Positions 47,010 to 57,980 of a stretch of 62,193 nt of DNA are shown here, piece after piece. Origin of the DNA: Armatimonadota bacterium (GTDB lineage: Bacteria; Armatimonadota; Hebobacteria; GCA-020354555; CP070648); contig DATLAK010000139.1 in NCBI GenBank assembly GCA_035527535.1, forward strand, positions 1-62,193, in the 5' to 3' direction. Position 1 is the stretch's first letter; each line of letters begins with the position of its first letter. The notes under the pieces were generated by a model. It was not told the origin of the DNA. It did no database searches and saw only the letters and a list, made by a program, of their open reading frames with translations. The translations under genes and the position numbers were made by a program.

Positions 47010-47816
47010 TCAGTCCTCCGTTGCGGCGCCGCGGAGGCATTCGTGGAGCAGGATGCCCGCGGCGACGGTGACATTGAGCGAACTCGCACCCCCGGCCACG
47101 GGGATGGCGACGGTGTCGTCGGCCAGTCGCCGCGTCTCGAGAGAGAGCCCTTCGCTCTCGTTGCCGACGATGATCGCGCAGTCGCGATCGAGGTGGGCCA
47201 GAGCGATCGGGGTGCGCCCGCGCGCCGAGGTCGCGATGATGCGCAGACCGGCCTCACGCAAGCGTCCGAGGTCGGTCGCCAGGTCGCGGCTGATGGCGAA
47301 GGGCAAACGCAGGATGGAGCCGGTGGTGGAGCGCACCGCCGCGCGCGAGAAGGGATCGGCGCCGTCCGCGCTCAGCACCGCGCCGTGCGCGCCGCCGGCC
47401 TCGGCGGTGCGCAGCAGGACGCCGACGTTGCGCGGGTCCTGGACGCGCTCGCATACCAGCAGCGGGCCGCCGCCGGCCGCCAGCGCCTCGATCGGTGCCG
47501 GTCGCATCGGCACCACCGCCGCCGCCGTGATCGCGGTGTCGTAGCCGGTGCCCAGGATCTTGGTCATCAGGCTGCGGGGCAGGACATAGCACCGCGCCTG
47601 CGTCAGAGCTTCGACCAGGGAGGTTTCGACCTCCGCGTCCGCGAGGAGGAATGCGTCCGTGACGCCGACCTTCGCCGCCAGCGCCTGGCGCAGCATGCTT
47701 TCGCCCTCAATCAGGAAGTGCTGGGCTCGGGCGCGGCCGGCCGGGGTGGCGAGGGCGCGGGCGCGCCGCAGGGCCGGATGTTTGACGCCACTAATGGGCT
47801 CGAAGGAGGCGATCAT
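47010..47816 (-). CDS. TrmH/SpoU family RNA 2'-O-methyltransferase
   Basis: VQDPRNVGVLLRTAEAGGAHG, IIVGNESEGLS and IPVAGGASSLNVTVAAGILLHE. Confidence 0.85.
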   Translation of the reverse strand: MIASFEPISGVKHPALRRARALATPAGRARAQHFLIEGESMLRQALAAKVGVTDAFLLADAEVETSLVEALTQARCYVLPRSLMTKILGTGYDTAITAAAVVPMRPAPIEALAAGGGPLLVCERVQDPRNVGVLLRTAEAGGAHGAVLSADGADPFSRAAVRSTTGSILRLPFAISRDLATDLGRLREAGLRIIATSARGRTPIALAHLDRDCAIIVGNESEGLSLETRRLADDTVAIPVAGGASSLNVTVAAGILLHECLRGAATED

Positions 47817-47937
47817 GGGTCAAGCTGACCGGCGGTCACTCGCGCAGGGTACGGTTTCGGGCGCGGTCCCGCTCGTACAGCACGAAGCGATCGCGCAGGA
47901 TGAGGATCACGTGAGCCTGCTCGCCACTCGCACTTAC

Positions 47938-48004
47938 TGTCATCCCGAGCGGCAGCGAGGGATCTCGTTCCGAACCGAGATTCCTCACTTCGTTCGGAAT
48001 GACA
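47938..48004. repeat. REP pair (inverted), family TGTCAYYCYGAGCGNNGCGARGRATC
   Basis: TGTCATCCCGAGCGGCAGCGAGGGATC ... GATTCCTCACTTCGTTCGGAATGACA. Confidence 0.75.
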
Positions 48005-48036
48005 TGCCCGTGGAGTGTGAATTCTAAGATAGGCAC

Positions 48037-48514
48037 TTAGCCCGGATTATGCATTGTCAACGTGAGGCGCTCACCCAACGGGTGCGTCATCCCGAGTGGC
48101 TAAGCCCGGAGGGCCGCTGGCTAGGCGGCTAGGTCTGCTCTGCAGACCGCCGTGGCGGTGGCGGAGCCACCTAGCCACCTTGGGCCGCCATCCCGGTCTC
48201 TGACCTAGGGACACGGCGGTCGCTCCGCGACCTAGCCGCAACGCGAGGGATCCCCTACCGGGTGGCTCTGTCATCCCGAGGCTCTGCCTTCCCGAGGCTC
48301 TGCCTTCCCGTTGGGGAGGCAACGCCTTCCCCAGAGGGATTGGGGAGGCAACGCCTTCCCAGAGGGAGTTGCTCGCGGCTGGAATGGTTGCCCTTGGGCA
48401 TCCCTGGTAGGGGATTCCCGCCTTCGGCGCGCAAGCCCTCCGTAGGCGGGCAAGCCTCGGTCGCGTCGCTTCCTCGGAATGACATCCCCGAAGCCGCACG
48501 CATAATCCGGGTTA
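48037..48514. repeat. Composite nested palindromic element bounded by 15-16-nt inverted repeats
   Basis: Ends are TTAGCCCGGATTATGC and GCATAATCCGGGTTA; the right end overlaps the FmdB stop. The core is colinear with 62053-62193 but interrupted by two insert blocks (about 48098-48237 and 48263-48365). The second block contains short tandem duplications. Confidence 0.65.
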
Positions 48515-48778
48515 GGTCTTCGTCGCCGTGGACGGCTGGTCCTTGGAGTCGAGCTTGGTATCCTTCTTGCCGTTGCCGTCGTCGTCCCGGCTGGCTCCCT
48601 TGCGGGCGTAATCGGTGGTATAAAACCCCGAGCCCTTGTAGATGACCCCAACCGGGAACACTAGCTTGCGCACCTGCCCGCCGCACTTGCCGCACTTCTT
48701 CAGCGGCGGGTCGCTCACCCGCTGCTGCAATTCAGTGCGCTCTCCGCAGCGGTTGCATTCATATTCGTACGTGGGCAT
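48512..48778 (-). CDS. FmdB-family zinc-ribbon protein (CxxC_CxxC_SSSS)
   Basis: MPTYEYECNRCGERTELQQRVSDPPLKKCGKCGGQVRKL is the canonical family start. Start set at ATG 48778. Confidence 0.8.
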   Translation of the reverse strand: MPTYEYECNRCGERTELQQRVSDPPLKKCGKCGGQVRKLVFPVGVIYKGSGFYTTDYARKGASRDDDGNGKKDTKLDSKDQPSTATKT

Positions 48779-48874
48779 GCTCGAGCAGCCTCCTGATTCA
48801 TCCACGGCGGCACCCCTGGCGCCGCTCAAGGCAGCGCAGCCGAACCGCTGATGTCCGGCTGCGCAACCACTGCA

Positions 48875-48903
48875 ATTATAGCACCCAGCGCCCGCCTTGG
48901 CAA
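48875..48903 (-). promoter_or_regulatory. Near-consensus sigma70 promoter for the FmdB-like gene
   Basis: The minus strand reads TTGCCA, 17-nt spacer (ending TGC), TATAAT. Confidence 0.5.
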
Positions 48904-48936
48904 TCAGCGCCGCGCATTCCCCCGGCGCGGTTCGCG

Positions 48937-48965
48937 TTGACACCTCGGCGGGTGGCGCCTATAAT
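48937..48965 (+). promoter_or_regulatory. Consensus sigma70 promoter for tRNA-Arg
   Basis: TTGACA (48937-48942), 17-nt spacer, TATAAT (48960-48965), about 60 nt upstream of the tRNA. Confidence 0.6.
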
Positions 48966-49024
48966 CCTAGTGCGCGTCGGCAGCGACTTGGCCAGCGGAG
49001 TCGAATGGGCCGGCGCATCTGGGC

Positions 49025-49099
49025 GCCCCTGTGGCCAAGAGGATAAGGCGCAGGCCTCCGGAGCCTGAATCGCAGGTTCGAATCCTGTCAGGGGTACCA
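49025..49099 (+). tRNA. tRNA-Arg (anticodon CCG), CCA encoded
   Basis: Hand-folded cloverleaf. Acceptor GCCCCTG/CAGGGGT, anticodon stem CAGGC/GCCTG with loop CTCCGGA, T arm GCAGG-TTCGAAT-CCTGT, discriminator A plus CCA. Confidence 0.85.
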
Positions 49100-49405
49100 C
49101 CTCCGCGCAGCTACCGCTCTCCCGCCTCGTCAGTCGTGCTCCTGCCGCTTGCGGTCTCCGCCTCCCGACCGCGCGTCGCCTCTGCGCGCACCCGGTGATG
49201 CTACTACCCAGGCGCGTGCGGCTGCTGCAATCGCACCTTGGCCGCCGAAACGTCTTCCAGCGCAGTTCCAAGTCTCCAGCCGTCTTTGCGCGCCTGGGGC
49301 GCACTGCTCCGCCCGCCACACTGCCAACAGGCAAGCCCTCTCAGCCGGATACGCGTGGTGGCATTCCCCGTGCACATGGAAGAATTGAATGGGAGTGGCG
49401 CGTTG

Positions 49406-50659
49406 ATGCAGCGATGGGTCGTTGGGGCGCTGTTGGCGCTGGGGACGGTGTGCGCGGTGTCGCCGGCCAGGGCCGAGGAGACGGCGGATGAGTTCGCCGC
49501 CATTGACGCCCACGCGCTGGCGGCTCCGGCGTCGGTCACCGGCGATGTCGCATGGCTTTCCGCCTATCTGGTCGAACCGGCTCGCACCGACCGGGAGAAA
49601 GCCCGGGCCATCTTCCGCTGGATCACCCGCAATATCGCCTACGACGTCTCGCTGGAGGCCAGCAGTCGCGATCCGGAAGTCGTGCTCACTCGCCGCAGCG
49701 ACATCTGCCTGGGCTATGCGGTCCTGTTCAAAGCCCTCGCGGAGGCGGCGGGGATGAAAGCGGAGATCATCTTCGGGCACTCCAGCAAGTTCAGGCCCGG
49801 GCTCCCCGACGAATCGGGCCCGTGGGTGAACCACGCCTGGAACGCGGTGGAGGTGGAAGGCCGGTGGCAGTTGGTGGACTGCTCGTGGGGCGCCGGTCAT
49901 CGTGACCAGCAAGGCGCATTCGCGTGGAAGTTCTGCCCCCACTACTTCCTGACTCCGCCGGAGATCTTTGTCTACGATCACTTCCCGGAAAACCCGAGCT
50001 GGCAGTTGCTGGCTTGGCCCATCTCGAAGGACGAGTATCTCCAACGCGTCCGCGTGCGACCAGCGTTCTTCGAGTGCGGCCTGCGGCTGGTGAGCCACGA
50101 CTCAGCGACCATTGAGACGGATGGCCCCCTGACCGTCACTATCGGCGCTCCTGCGGAAACCGTGTTAGTGGCGGCCCTCTATCGAGACGGACGGGAAGTG
50201 GAGGACGGCTACACCTTCACGCAGCGGGAGGCGGAAAGCTTCGTCATTCACGCACGGTTTCCGTCCGCAGGCGCCTATGTTCTGCGGGTCTTCGCGCGCC
50301 GGCAAGACGACCCCGGCGATGACTACGCATGGGCATTGGACTACACCGTCCAAGCCCGCTCTGGCAGCGCAAGCGACGGCGGGTTTCCCAAAGCCTACGG
50401 CTCCTTCCTGACGCGCAGCTGCCGGCTTGAGCAGGCGCTTTCACAGACGCTTCCGGCAGGCAACGCGGTTGAGTTTTCGCTCACCGTTCCCAGGGCCGAG
50501 GAAGTAGTGGTCGCGAGCGGCGGCTCGTTTTCGCGTCTGCCCGCCGAGGGGGCGCGCTTCACCGGCAAGGTAGCGGTGTCGCCCGGGCCGGTGCTGGTCT
50601 TTGCCAGATTCGCCGGGCAGCCTCTATACGAAGGCCTCTTGCAGTACACCGCGCGCTGA
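49406..50659 (+). CDS. Transglutaminase-like (Cys-His-Asp) domain protein, secreted
   Basis: Signal peptide MQRWVVGALLALGTVCAVSPARA. Catalytic core DICLGYAVLFKALAEAAGM ... HAWNAVEVEGRWQLVDCSWG. The start could also be ATG 49376. Confidence 0.7.
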   Translation: MQRWVVGALLALGTVCAVSPARAEETADEFAAIDAHALAAPASVTGDVAWLSAYLVEPARTDREKARAIFRWITRNIAYDVSLEASSRDPEVVLTRRSDICLGYAVLFKALAEAAGMKAEIIFGHSSKFRPGLPDESGPWVNHAWNAVEVEGRWQLVDCSWGAGHRDQQGAFAWKFCPHYFLTPPEIFVYDHFPENPSWQLLAWPISKDEYLQRVRVRPAFFECGLRLVSHDSATIETDGPLTVTIGAPAETVLVAALYRDGREVEDGYTFTQREAESFVIHARFPSAGAYVLRVFARRQDDPGDDYAWALDYTVQARSGSASDGGFPKAYGSFLTRSCRLEQALSQTLPAGNAVEFSLTVPRAEEVVVASGGSFSRLPAEGARFTGKVAVSPGPVLVFARFAGQPLYEGLLQYTAR

Positions 50660-50750
50660 GGGAGACCCGCCCGCCGGCAGGGTGGCGGGTCTGATCTACC
50701 CACCGGGCCAGCGCGCGGTACCGCCAGCTCCTTCATGCGCCTGCGGCGCG

Positions 50751-50779
50751 TTGACCCGGTCCGCCCCGCGTGCTAGAAT
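50751..50779 (+). promoter_or_regulatory. sigma70-like promoter
   Basis: TTGACC (50751-50756), 17-nt spacer ending TGC, TAGAAT (50774-50779). Confidence 0.5.
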
Positions 50780-50867
50780 CGCCGCCGACATGAGGCGCGC
50801 CGAACCCGCATCTCCGCGTCACCCGGTTGCACCCATGCGCGCAAGTCGCTTCACCCCGGAGGGTGTC

Positions 50868-52121
50868 ATGGTGAGGCTGCTGGCGACGCTGCTGGCGATG
50901 CTCGGTCTGACGGCAGTGTTGGGCTTCCGCGGCGGCGGCGTGGCGGGCGCAGACGCCGTGCCCCGCTTCGAGCCTGCGGGTTTGCCCGCCGGCAGGGTGG
51001 CGGGATCGAAGCCGCCTGGCCGGTGGCTGCCCACCGTCGGCCACGGCAACGGCCACTGGGAGCTCAGCGTCGGCGCGCGCGTCTGGGACGATCACTTCAC
51101 CCCCCGCAACCTCATCGCCGAAGGGGAAGTGGACCTCGGCCCCGGTCTGCGCGCGCACCTGCTCGCCCGCCACAACCGTGAGCTGGACCGCCTCGACGGC
51201 TGGGCGCCCAACCTCGATGAGGCCTACATCGAGGGCTATGGCTTCTACACCCGACCCCACTCCGCGCTCGCCGCGAGTCTGCGCATCGGCAAGGTGCGCT
51301 ATCTGCGCTTCCCCTATCCCGACGCCATCGCCGTTTTCGACCAGGTGCCGGGGGTGGCGGACTTGCAGGGGCGTTTTCGCACCGGCTACAGCGGGGCCGT
51401 GCTCGCGCTCGAATACGCGCACGACCGCGGTCTGGGCGCGCATTTCACCGGCATCGCCTGGGGCTTCGACGGGTGCCGTCCCAACGGCGCCGCTAATGCC
51501 ATCGAGGACTACGCGTTCTACCGGCGCGACCTTGGCGACCTGCGCTTCGAGGCGCGGGCGGGAGGGATCGCCTCTCGCCAGGCGCCCCTGGGTGGCCCGG
51601 CGCGCGAGGGCTGCGATATCTACCTGGGCCTGACCCACGCCGGCTACACCGCGGGCGCGCTCTACGAGAAACGCCGGGGCGAACCGGCCTACACCGGCGT
51701 CATGATCGCCTTCCCCAGCGACACCATCACCCGCACCCTGGGCCGGGTCGGCTTCGACTACACCCGCACCCCCGAGGGGCTGGCGGTGCAGGCGCCTGTT
51801 GCTCGCGGGCGCTTTGGGTTCGCCCGCTGCGCGGAGCCGGCCGCATCCGCCGAACCGGTGGGCGAGGTGGTGGCGGTGAGAACGCGCACCTACTGGCAAG
51901 CGGGGCTCCAGCGCAACTTCTACGAGCACCGCATCTCTGCCCGCGGCGAAACCGCTGATCCCCGGCTCGTCGTGACCGTCGAGGAGCACCCCTACTACCT
52001 GTGGGCGGAGGCGCTGGTCAGCCCCCACACCAGCCTCGACGCACAGTGGTTCCACGACCGCCAGGGGCCGGCCCACAACTCGCGCCTGGTGATCTATCGC
52101 TTCTACCGGCCGGGGCGGTAG
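50868..52121 (+). CDS. Hypothetical secreted protein (possibly an outer-membrane beta-barrel)
   Basis: Signal peptide MVRLLATLLAMLGLTAVLG, alternating hydrophobic pattern, no recognised motif. GGAGGG RBS before ATG 50868. Confidence 0.5.
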   Translation: MVRLLATLLAMLGLTAVLGFRGGGVAGADAVPRFEPAGLPAGRVAGSKPPGRWLPTVGHGNGHWELSVGARVWDDHFTPRNLIAEGEVDLGPGLRAHLLARHNRELDRLDGWAPNLDEAYIEGYGFYTRPHSALAASLRIGKVRYLRFPYPDAIAVFDQVPGVADLQGRFRTGYSGAVLALEYAHDRGLGAHFTGIAWGFDGCRPNGAANAIEDYAFYRRDLGDLRFEARAGGIASRQAPLGGPAREGCDIYLGLTHAGYTAGALYEKRRGEPAYTGVMIAFPSDTITRTLGRVGFDYTRTPEGLAVQAPVARGRFGFARCAEPAASAEPVGEVVAVRTRTYWQAGLQRNFYEHRISARGETADPRLVVTVEEHPYYLWAEALVSPHTSLDAQWFHDRQGPAHNSRLVIYRFYRPGR

Positions 52122-52168
52122 GGAGGCGCTTCCCGGTGGTGCGACCTTGCGCGCTCGACATCGAGGCG

Positions 52169-52732
52169 CTACAGCACTCGGCGGGCGATGACCTCGAAAA
52201 TGAGGGTGGCGCCGGGTGGAATGCTGGGCGTGCCCCGGTCCCCATATCCGAGCTCGGCGGGGATGATCAGCTTGCGGATGCCTCCCGCCTTCATGCCGAC
52301 CAGCCCCTCGTCCCAGCCTTTGATCACGTTGCCGGCGCCGACCTTGAAGCTGAAGGACTCTCGGCGCTGAAGGGAGCTATCGAACACGAAGCCGGTCACC
52401 AGCCATCCGGTGTAGTCCACATCAACTACGCTGCCCTTCTGGACCTGCTTGCCGCTGCCCTCGACCACTTCAATGTACTGCAGGCCCGAGCTGGTGGTCA
52501 CCAGCGGCTGTTCGGTCCCGGTGCCGAGCTTGCGCGCCTGTTCGACGGCCTTGGCCTTGTCGGCGAGGCCCGACCCGGGCCCGGTCCCGGCTGGCGCTGG
52601 GGTGGCGGTGCGGCGCACGGGCGGCGAGGCTTGCTCGCCCTTCGGTTTTCCGCATCCGGGCGCAAGCACCGTTACCACTAGCGCGCCGATGAACGAGCAG
52701 CGGATCAACCACACGAGGGACATGTTAAGCAC
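52169..52732 (-). CDS. FKBP-type peptidyl-prolyl cis-trans isomerase, lipoprotein
   Basis: Lipobox LAPGCG. FKBP core VDVDYTGWL..G.VFDSS, FKVGAGNVIKGWDEGLVGMKAGGIRKLIIPAELGYG. Confidence 0.85.
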   Translation of the reverse strand: MLNMSLVWLIRCSFIGALVVTVLAPGCGKPKGEQASPPVRRTATPAPAGTGPGSGLADKAKAVEQARKLGTGTEQPLVTTSSGLQYIEVVEGSGKQVQKGSVVDVDYTGWLVTGFVFDSSLQRRESFSFKVGAGNVIKGWDEGLVGMKAGGIRKLIIPAELGYGDRGTPSIPPGATLIFEVIARRVL

Positions 52733-52745
52733 CTCCTGGGACGTA

Positions 52746-52787
52746 CCTGGCAGTCGGCGGCACAGCGCGCTGCCGCCGACTGCCAGG
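52746..52787. promoter_or_regulatory. Perfect 17-bp inverted repeat (8-nt spacer) in a divergent intergenic region
   Basis: CCTGGCAGTCGGCGGCA cagcgcgc TGCCGCCGACTGCCAGG. Lies between the FKBP gene and the Gfo/Idh/MocA gene. Confidence 0.4.
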
Positions 52788-52995
52788 ATGATAGCATAGC
52801 CGCCGGGCAGGCGACAAGCGGGGCCCGATCATGCCACGGCGGGGCATCGCGAGGGCGGGGAATGTCCATTGGTCGGGGTCGTCCGCGCGGCAGGTGCCAG
52901 GGGCGCGGCCATTGAATGATACCCCCGACGGCGAGTGTGCACAGGCGGCGCTGACCAGGCGAGGCAGCGCACTCCGGGGGAGGGAACGAAGTCCC

Positions 52996-53997
52996 ATGCC
53001 AGCCAAGATGCGAGTCGGTTTCGTCGGCGCCGGCGGAATGGCGCGGGCCCATGCCGAGGCGCTGAGCAAGCTGCGTGACGTGAGCGTGGCGGCGTTCTGC
53101 GATGCCGACCCCGTGCGCACCGGCGCCGTCGCCGAGCACTACCGCGCGCCCATCTTCAAATCGGCGCGGGAGATGCTGGAGCGCGTCGAGCTCGACGCCG
53201 CCTACGTGTGCCTGCCGCCGTTCGCCCATGGCGCCGAGTTCGAACTGATCGAACGCGGCCTTCCCTTCTTCGTCGAGAAGCCGATCAATCTCGATCTCGC
53301 CCAGGCCCGGGAGATCGCGGCGGGGGCGGAAGCCAAGCACCTCATCACCTGCGCCGGCTACATGAATCGCTACCGCCGCGGCGTGCTCACGGTGCGGCGG
53401 CTGCTGGAGCGGGATCCCCCGGTCCTCGTCACCGGCGGCTGGATCGGCGGCGTCCCCCGCCCGCGCCCGGACATCGGCATCTGGACCTGGTGGGTGCAGA
53501 AACGCAAGAGCGGCGGCCAGTTCCTGGAGCAAGTGACGCACACGGTGGACCTGGCACGGTTCCTGTGCGGCGACGCGGTGGAGGTACATGCCTACGGGGC
53601 GACCGGCTTCAATACCGGCACGCCCGACACCTATGATATCGAGGACGCGAGCGTCGTCAACATCAAGTTCGCGGGGGGCGCGATCGCCAACCTGTGGGCG
53701 TCGTGCTCGTCGAATGCGGCGGGCGGGGTGTCGCTCAACGTGTACGCCAACGACGTGGCGGCGCAGTTCACGGGCTGGGAGCACACGGTGCGCGTGATGC
53801 GCGTGGGCAAGGACACGGTCGAGATCAAGGGCGAGGGAGATATCTTTGCGGCCGAGGACATGGCCTTCATCAAAGCCGTGCGCGGCGGCAACCCCGCCGG
53901 CATCATGTCGCCCTACGGTGACGCGGTCAAGACCCTCGCCGTCACCGTCGCCGCCAACCGATCGCTGAAACGGGGCAAGCCGGTTGCGGTGGATTGA
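52996..53997 (+). CDS. Gfo/Idh/MocA family NAD(P)-dependent oxidoreductase
   Basis: Rossmann start MRVGFVGAGGMARAHAEAL, EKPI motif (FFVEKPINL). Start set at ATG 52996. Confidence 0.8.
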   Translation: MPAKMRVGFVGAGGMARAHAEALSKLRDVSVAAFCDADPVRTGAVAEHYRAPIFKSAREMLERVELDAAYVCLPPFAHGAEFELIERGLPFFVEKPINLDLAQAREIAAGAEAKHLITCAGYMNRYRRGVLTVRRLLERDPPVLVTGGWIGGVPRPRPDIGIWTWWVQKRKSGGQFLEQVTHTVDLARFLCGDAVEVHAYGATGFNTGTPDTYDIEDASVVNIKFAGGAIANLWASCSSNAAGGVSLNVYANDVAAQFTGWEHTVRVMRVGKDTVEIKGEGDIFAAEDMAFIKAVRGGNPAGIMSPYGDAVKTLAVTVAANRSLKRGKPVAVD

Positions 53998-54208
53998 GGC
54001 GCGGGCGGGGGGATCGGCGGCGCCCCGAGCCGGGGCTGGTGAAGCAGCGCCCTTGTGCGCAAGAGCGCACACGGGTGGCACGGCGAGCGTGCGTAGGCGC
54101 GAAAACGCCGCCCCCCACAAGAGGGAACGGCGGCAGCCCGCCGAACTCTAGTCTGCACGGGCGGCCCCTCCGCCCGTTCATCGTCCAAGCGCCGCGCAGG
54201 CTATACCA

Positions 54209-55996
54209 ATGGCCGACTCCCGGGCAGCCCATAGCGTAGACGATATACGGGAGCGGACGAACATCGTCGAGATCATCGCGCCGCATGTCCGGCTCCGCAA
54301 ACAAGGCAAGCGCCTGGCCGGCTTGTGCCCTTTTCACCCGGACCAGGCGCCGTCGTTCACGGTTGATGCGGACAAGGGGCTGTGGCACTGCTTCGGGTGC
54401 GGCGCCGGGGGGAATGTCTTTCATTTCTTGATGCGCGCGGAGAATCTCACTTTCCCCGAGGCGGCGCAGCGCCTGGCGCAGCGGCTGGGGGTGGAGCTCA
54501 AGGGTCACCGCGAGAGCGACCGCGCCCGCGGGATCAGGGACCTCTTGGAGCGGATCAACGCGGATACGGCTGAGTTCTTCCGCCGGCGGCTCGAGGAGAG
54601 CCCGCACGCGCTCGAGTACCTGCGGAAGCGCGGGATTACGGATGACTTGATCGCCCGCTTTGGGATCGGCTGGGCGCCGCCCGAATGGGACCGTCTGTAC
54701 CGTCACCTGCGCCAAATGGGCTGCCGGGATGCCGATGTGGAGAAGGCCGGCCTGTGCGTAGCGCGGCCGCGCGGGGACGGCTGCTACGATCGCTTCCGCG
54801 GGCGGGTGATGTTCCCGATCCTAGACGGTCAGGAGCGTATCGTCGGCTTTGGCGGGCGCCTGCTCGAGGGCGACGAGGCCAAGTACATCAACTCGCCCGA
54901 GACGGCGCTGTTCCGCAAGGGGCGGACGCTCTATGGCTTCCCCCAGGCGCGCAAGGCCATGGGCGAGCGCGAGCGAGCGATCGTGGTCGAGGGGTATTTC
55001 GACGCCATCGCCTGCCACGCCGCGGGGTATGCGGAAACGGTGGCGACGTTGGGCACGGCGCTGACGGCCGAACACCTGGAGCTGCTGCGCCGTCATACCG
55101 GGCGGGTGTACGCGGCGTTTGACAGCGACTCGGCCGGGATGAAGGCGATGCTGCGCAGCCACGAGCTGTTCGAGGCGGCGCGGCTGGAGGTGCGAGTGGT
55201 GCGCCTGCCAGAGGACCAGGACCCCGATTCCTTCCTGGCCGAGGGCGGTGCTGAGGCCTTCGCCCGGGAACTGGAGCAGGCGCTGGCGGCCGTGGATTAT
55301 CGCCTGGCGGTGATTGCGGAGAGCCACCCGGACACCGAGGAGGGACGCCTGGGGGTGATGCAGGAGGCGGTACAGGTGCTGGCGAGGGTGAGGGACGCGG
55401 TGGCGCAGGCGCACTACGTGCGGCGGCTGGCGGAGCGGTGCTGCCAGCCGAATCTCGAGCGTGTCAAGTTGATGGAGCAGGCGATGCACCGCGAACTGCG
55501 AAAGCTCACCTCCGGGGCCAGGTCCCCGGACCCTCCGGCGGCGGCTCCGCTGGGCGCGCCGACGCGCGTCGAGCGCCAGGTGCTGGCGGCGATGCTGCAC
55601 AGCGAGGCCGCCGGCAGGTGGCTGGCAGCGGAGGTGTCGGGGTCCGATTTCGGCGACGGCCTCCACCGCCAGATCTTCGAACTGATGAAGGAGAGAATCG
55701 AGATCGCGGGCGCTCCGGACATCGAGGCCATGCTCGCGCAGGAGCAGCGGGAAGAAGCGTGCGCGTTGCTGTCGGAGCTGGCGCTGGCGGATGACGGCGC
55801 CGCCGAACCGGAGGCCGATCTGAGGCAGGCGGTCGAGCGCCTGTGCGAGTGGCGTGACGCGCGGCGCTGTCGGCAGTTGCTGGACAAATCCGAGACCGCG
55901 GAATTGAGCCGGGAGGAACTGCAGGAGCTGACGGAGCTCAGGCGGCGGCGGTCCCAGGTCACGGGCCGGCGCAGCCTGGGCGAGGCGGTGGGCTGA
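54209..55996 (+). CDS. dnaG: DNA primase
   Basis: Zinc finger CPFHPDQAPSFTVDADKGLWHCFGCGAGGNVFHFLM and TOPRIM region (IVVEGYFD, YAAFDSDSAG). Confidence 0.9.
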   Translation: MADSRAAHSVDDIRERTNIVEIIAPHVRLRKQGKRLAGLCPFHPDQAPSFTVDADKGLWHCFGCGAGGNVFHFLMRAENLTFPEAAQRLAQRLGVELKGHRESDRARGIRDLLERINADTAEFFRRRLEESPHALEYLRKRGITDDLIARFGIGWAPPEWDRLYRHLRQMGCRDADVEKAGLCVARPRGDGCYDRFRGRVMFPILDGQERIVGFGGRLLEGDEAKYINSPETALFRKGRTLYGFPQARKAMGERERAIVVEGYFDAIACHAAGYAETVATLGTALTAEHLELLRRHTGRVYAAFDSDSAGMKAMLRSHELFEAARLEVRVVRLPEDQDPDSFLAEGGAEAFARELEQALAAVDYRLAVIAESHPDTEEGRLGVMQEAVQVLARVRDAVAQAHYVRRLAERCCQPNLERVKLMEQAMHRELRKLTSGARSPDPPAAAPLGAPTRVERQVLAAMLHSEAAGRWLAAEVSGSDFGDGLHRQIFELMKERIEIAGAPDIEAMLAQEQREEACALLSELALADDGAAEPEADLRQAVERLCEWRDARRCRQLLDKSETAELSREELQELTELRRRRSQVTGRRSLGEAVG

Positions 55997-56074
55997 CACG
56001 CGAGCCCCGCCTTGCGGCGTCGCCGCCCGGCGGGCGCGAAGCGCCGGTGCACGGGTGGCTGAGGGTGATGACTG

Positions 56075-57883
<1,809 letters not shown>

Positions 57884-57980
57884 ACACCACACCAACTACT
57901 GTTTTCGGTGTCGCTCGGCCGCCGCTGGCCGGGCGACCCTCGTCGCAGCGCCGCATCCACACAAGATCGGGAGGAAAGCC

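Noticed and set aside
48278-48365. Short tandem repeats that might be a mini CRISPR array.
   Set aside because: Only two copies of each 16-28-nt unit, directly abutting with no spacers, no cas genes, and embedded in a palindromic repeat element.
49025-52121. Possible genomic island integrated at tRNA-Arg(CCG).
   Set aside because: No integrase, no repeat of the tRNA 3' end seen downstream, and the following genes (transglutaminase-like, hypothetical, FKBP) have their own consensus promoters and ordinary composition by eye.
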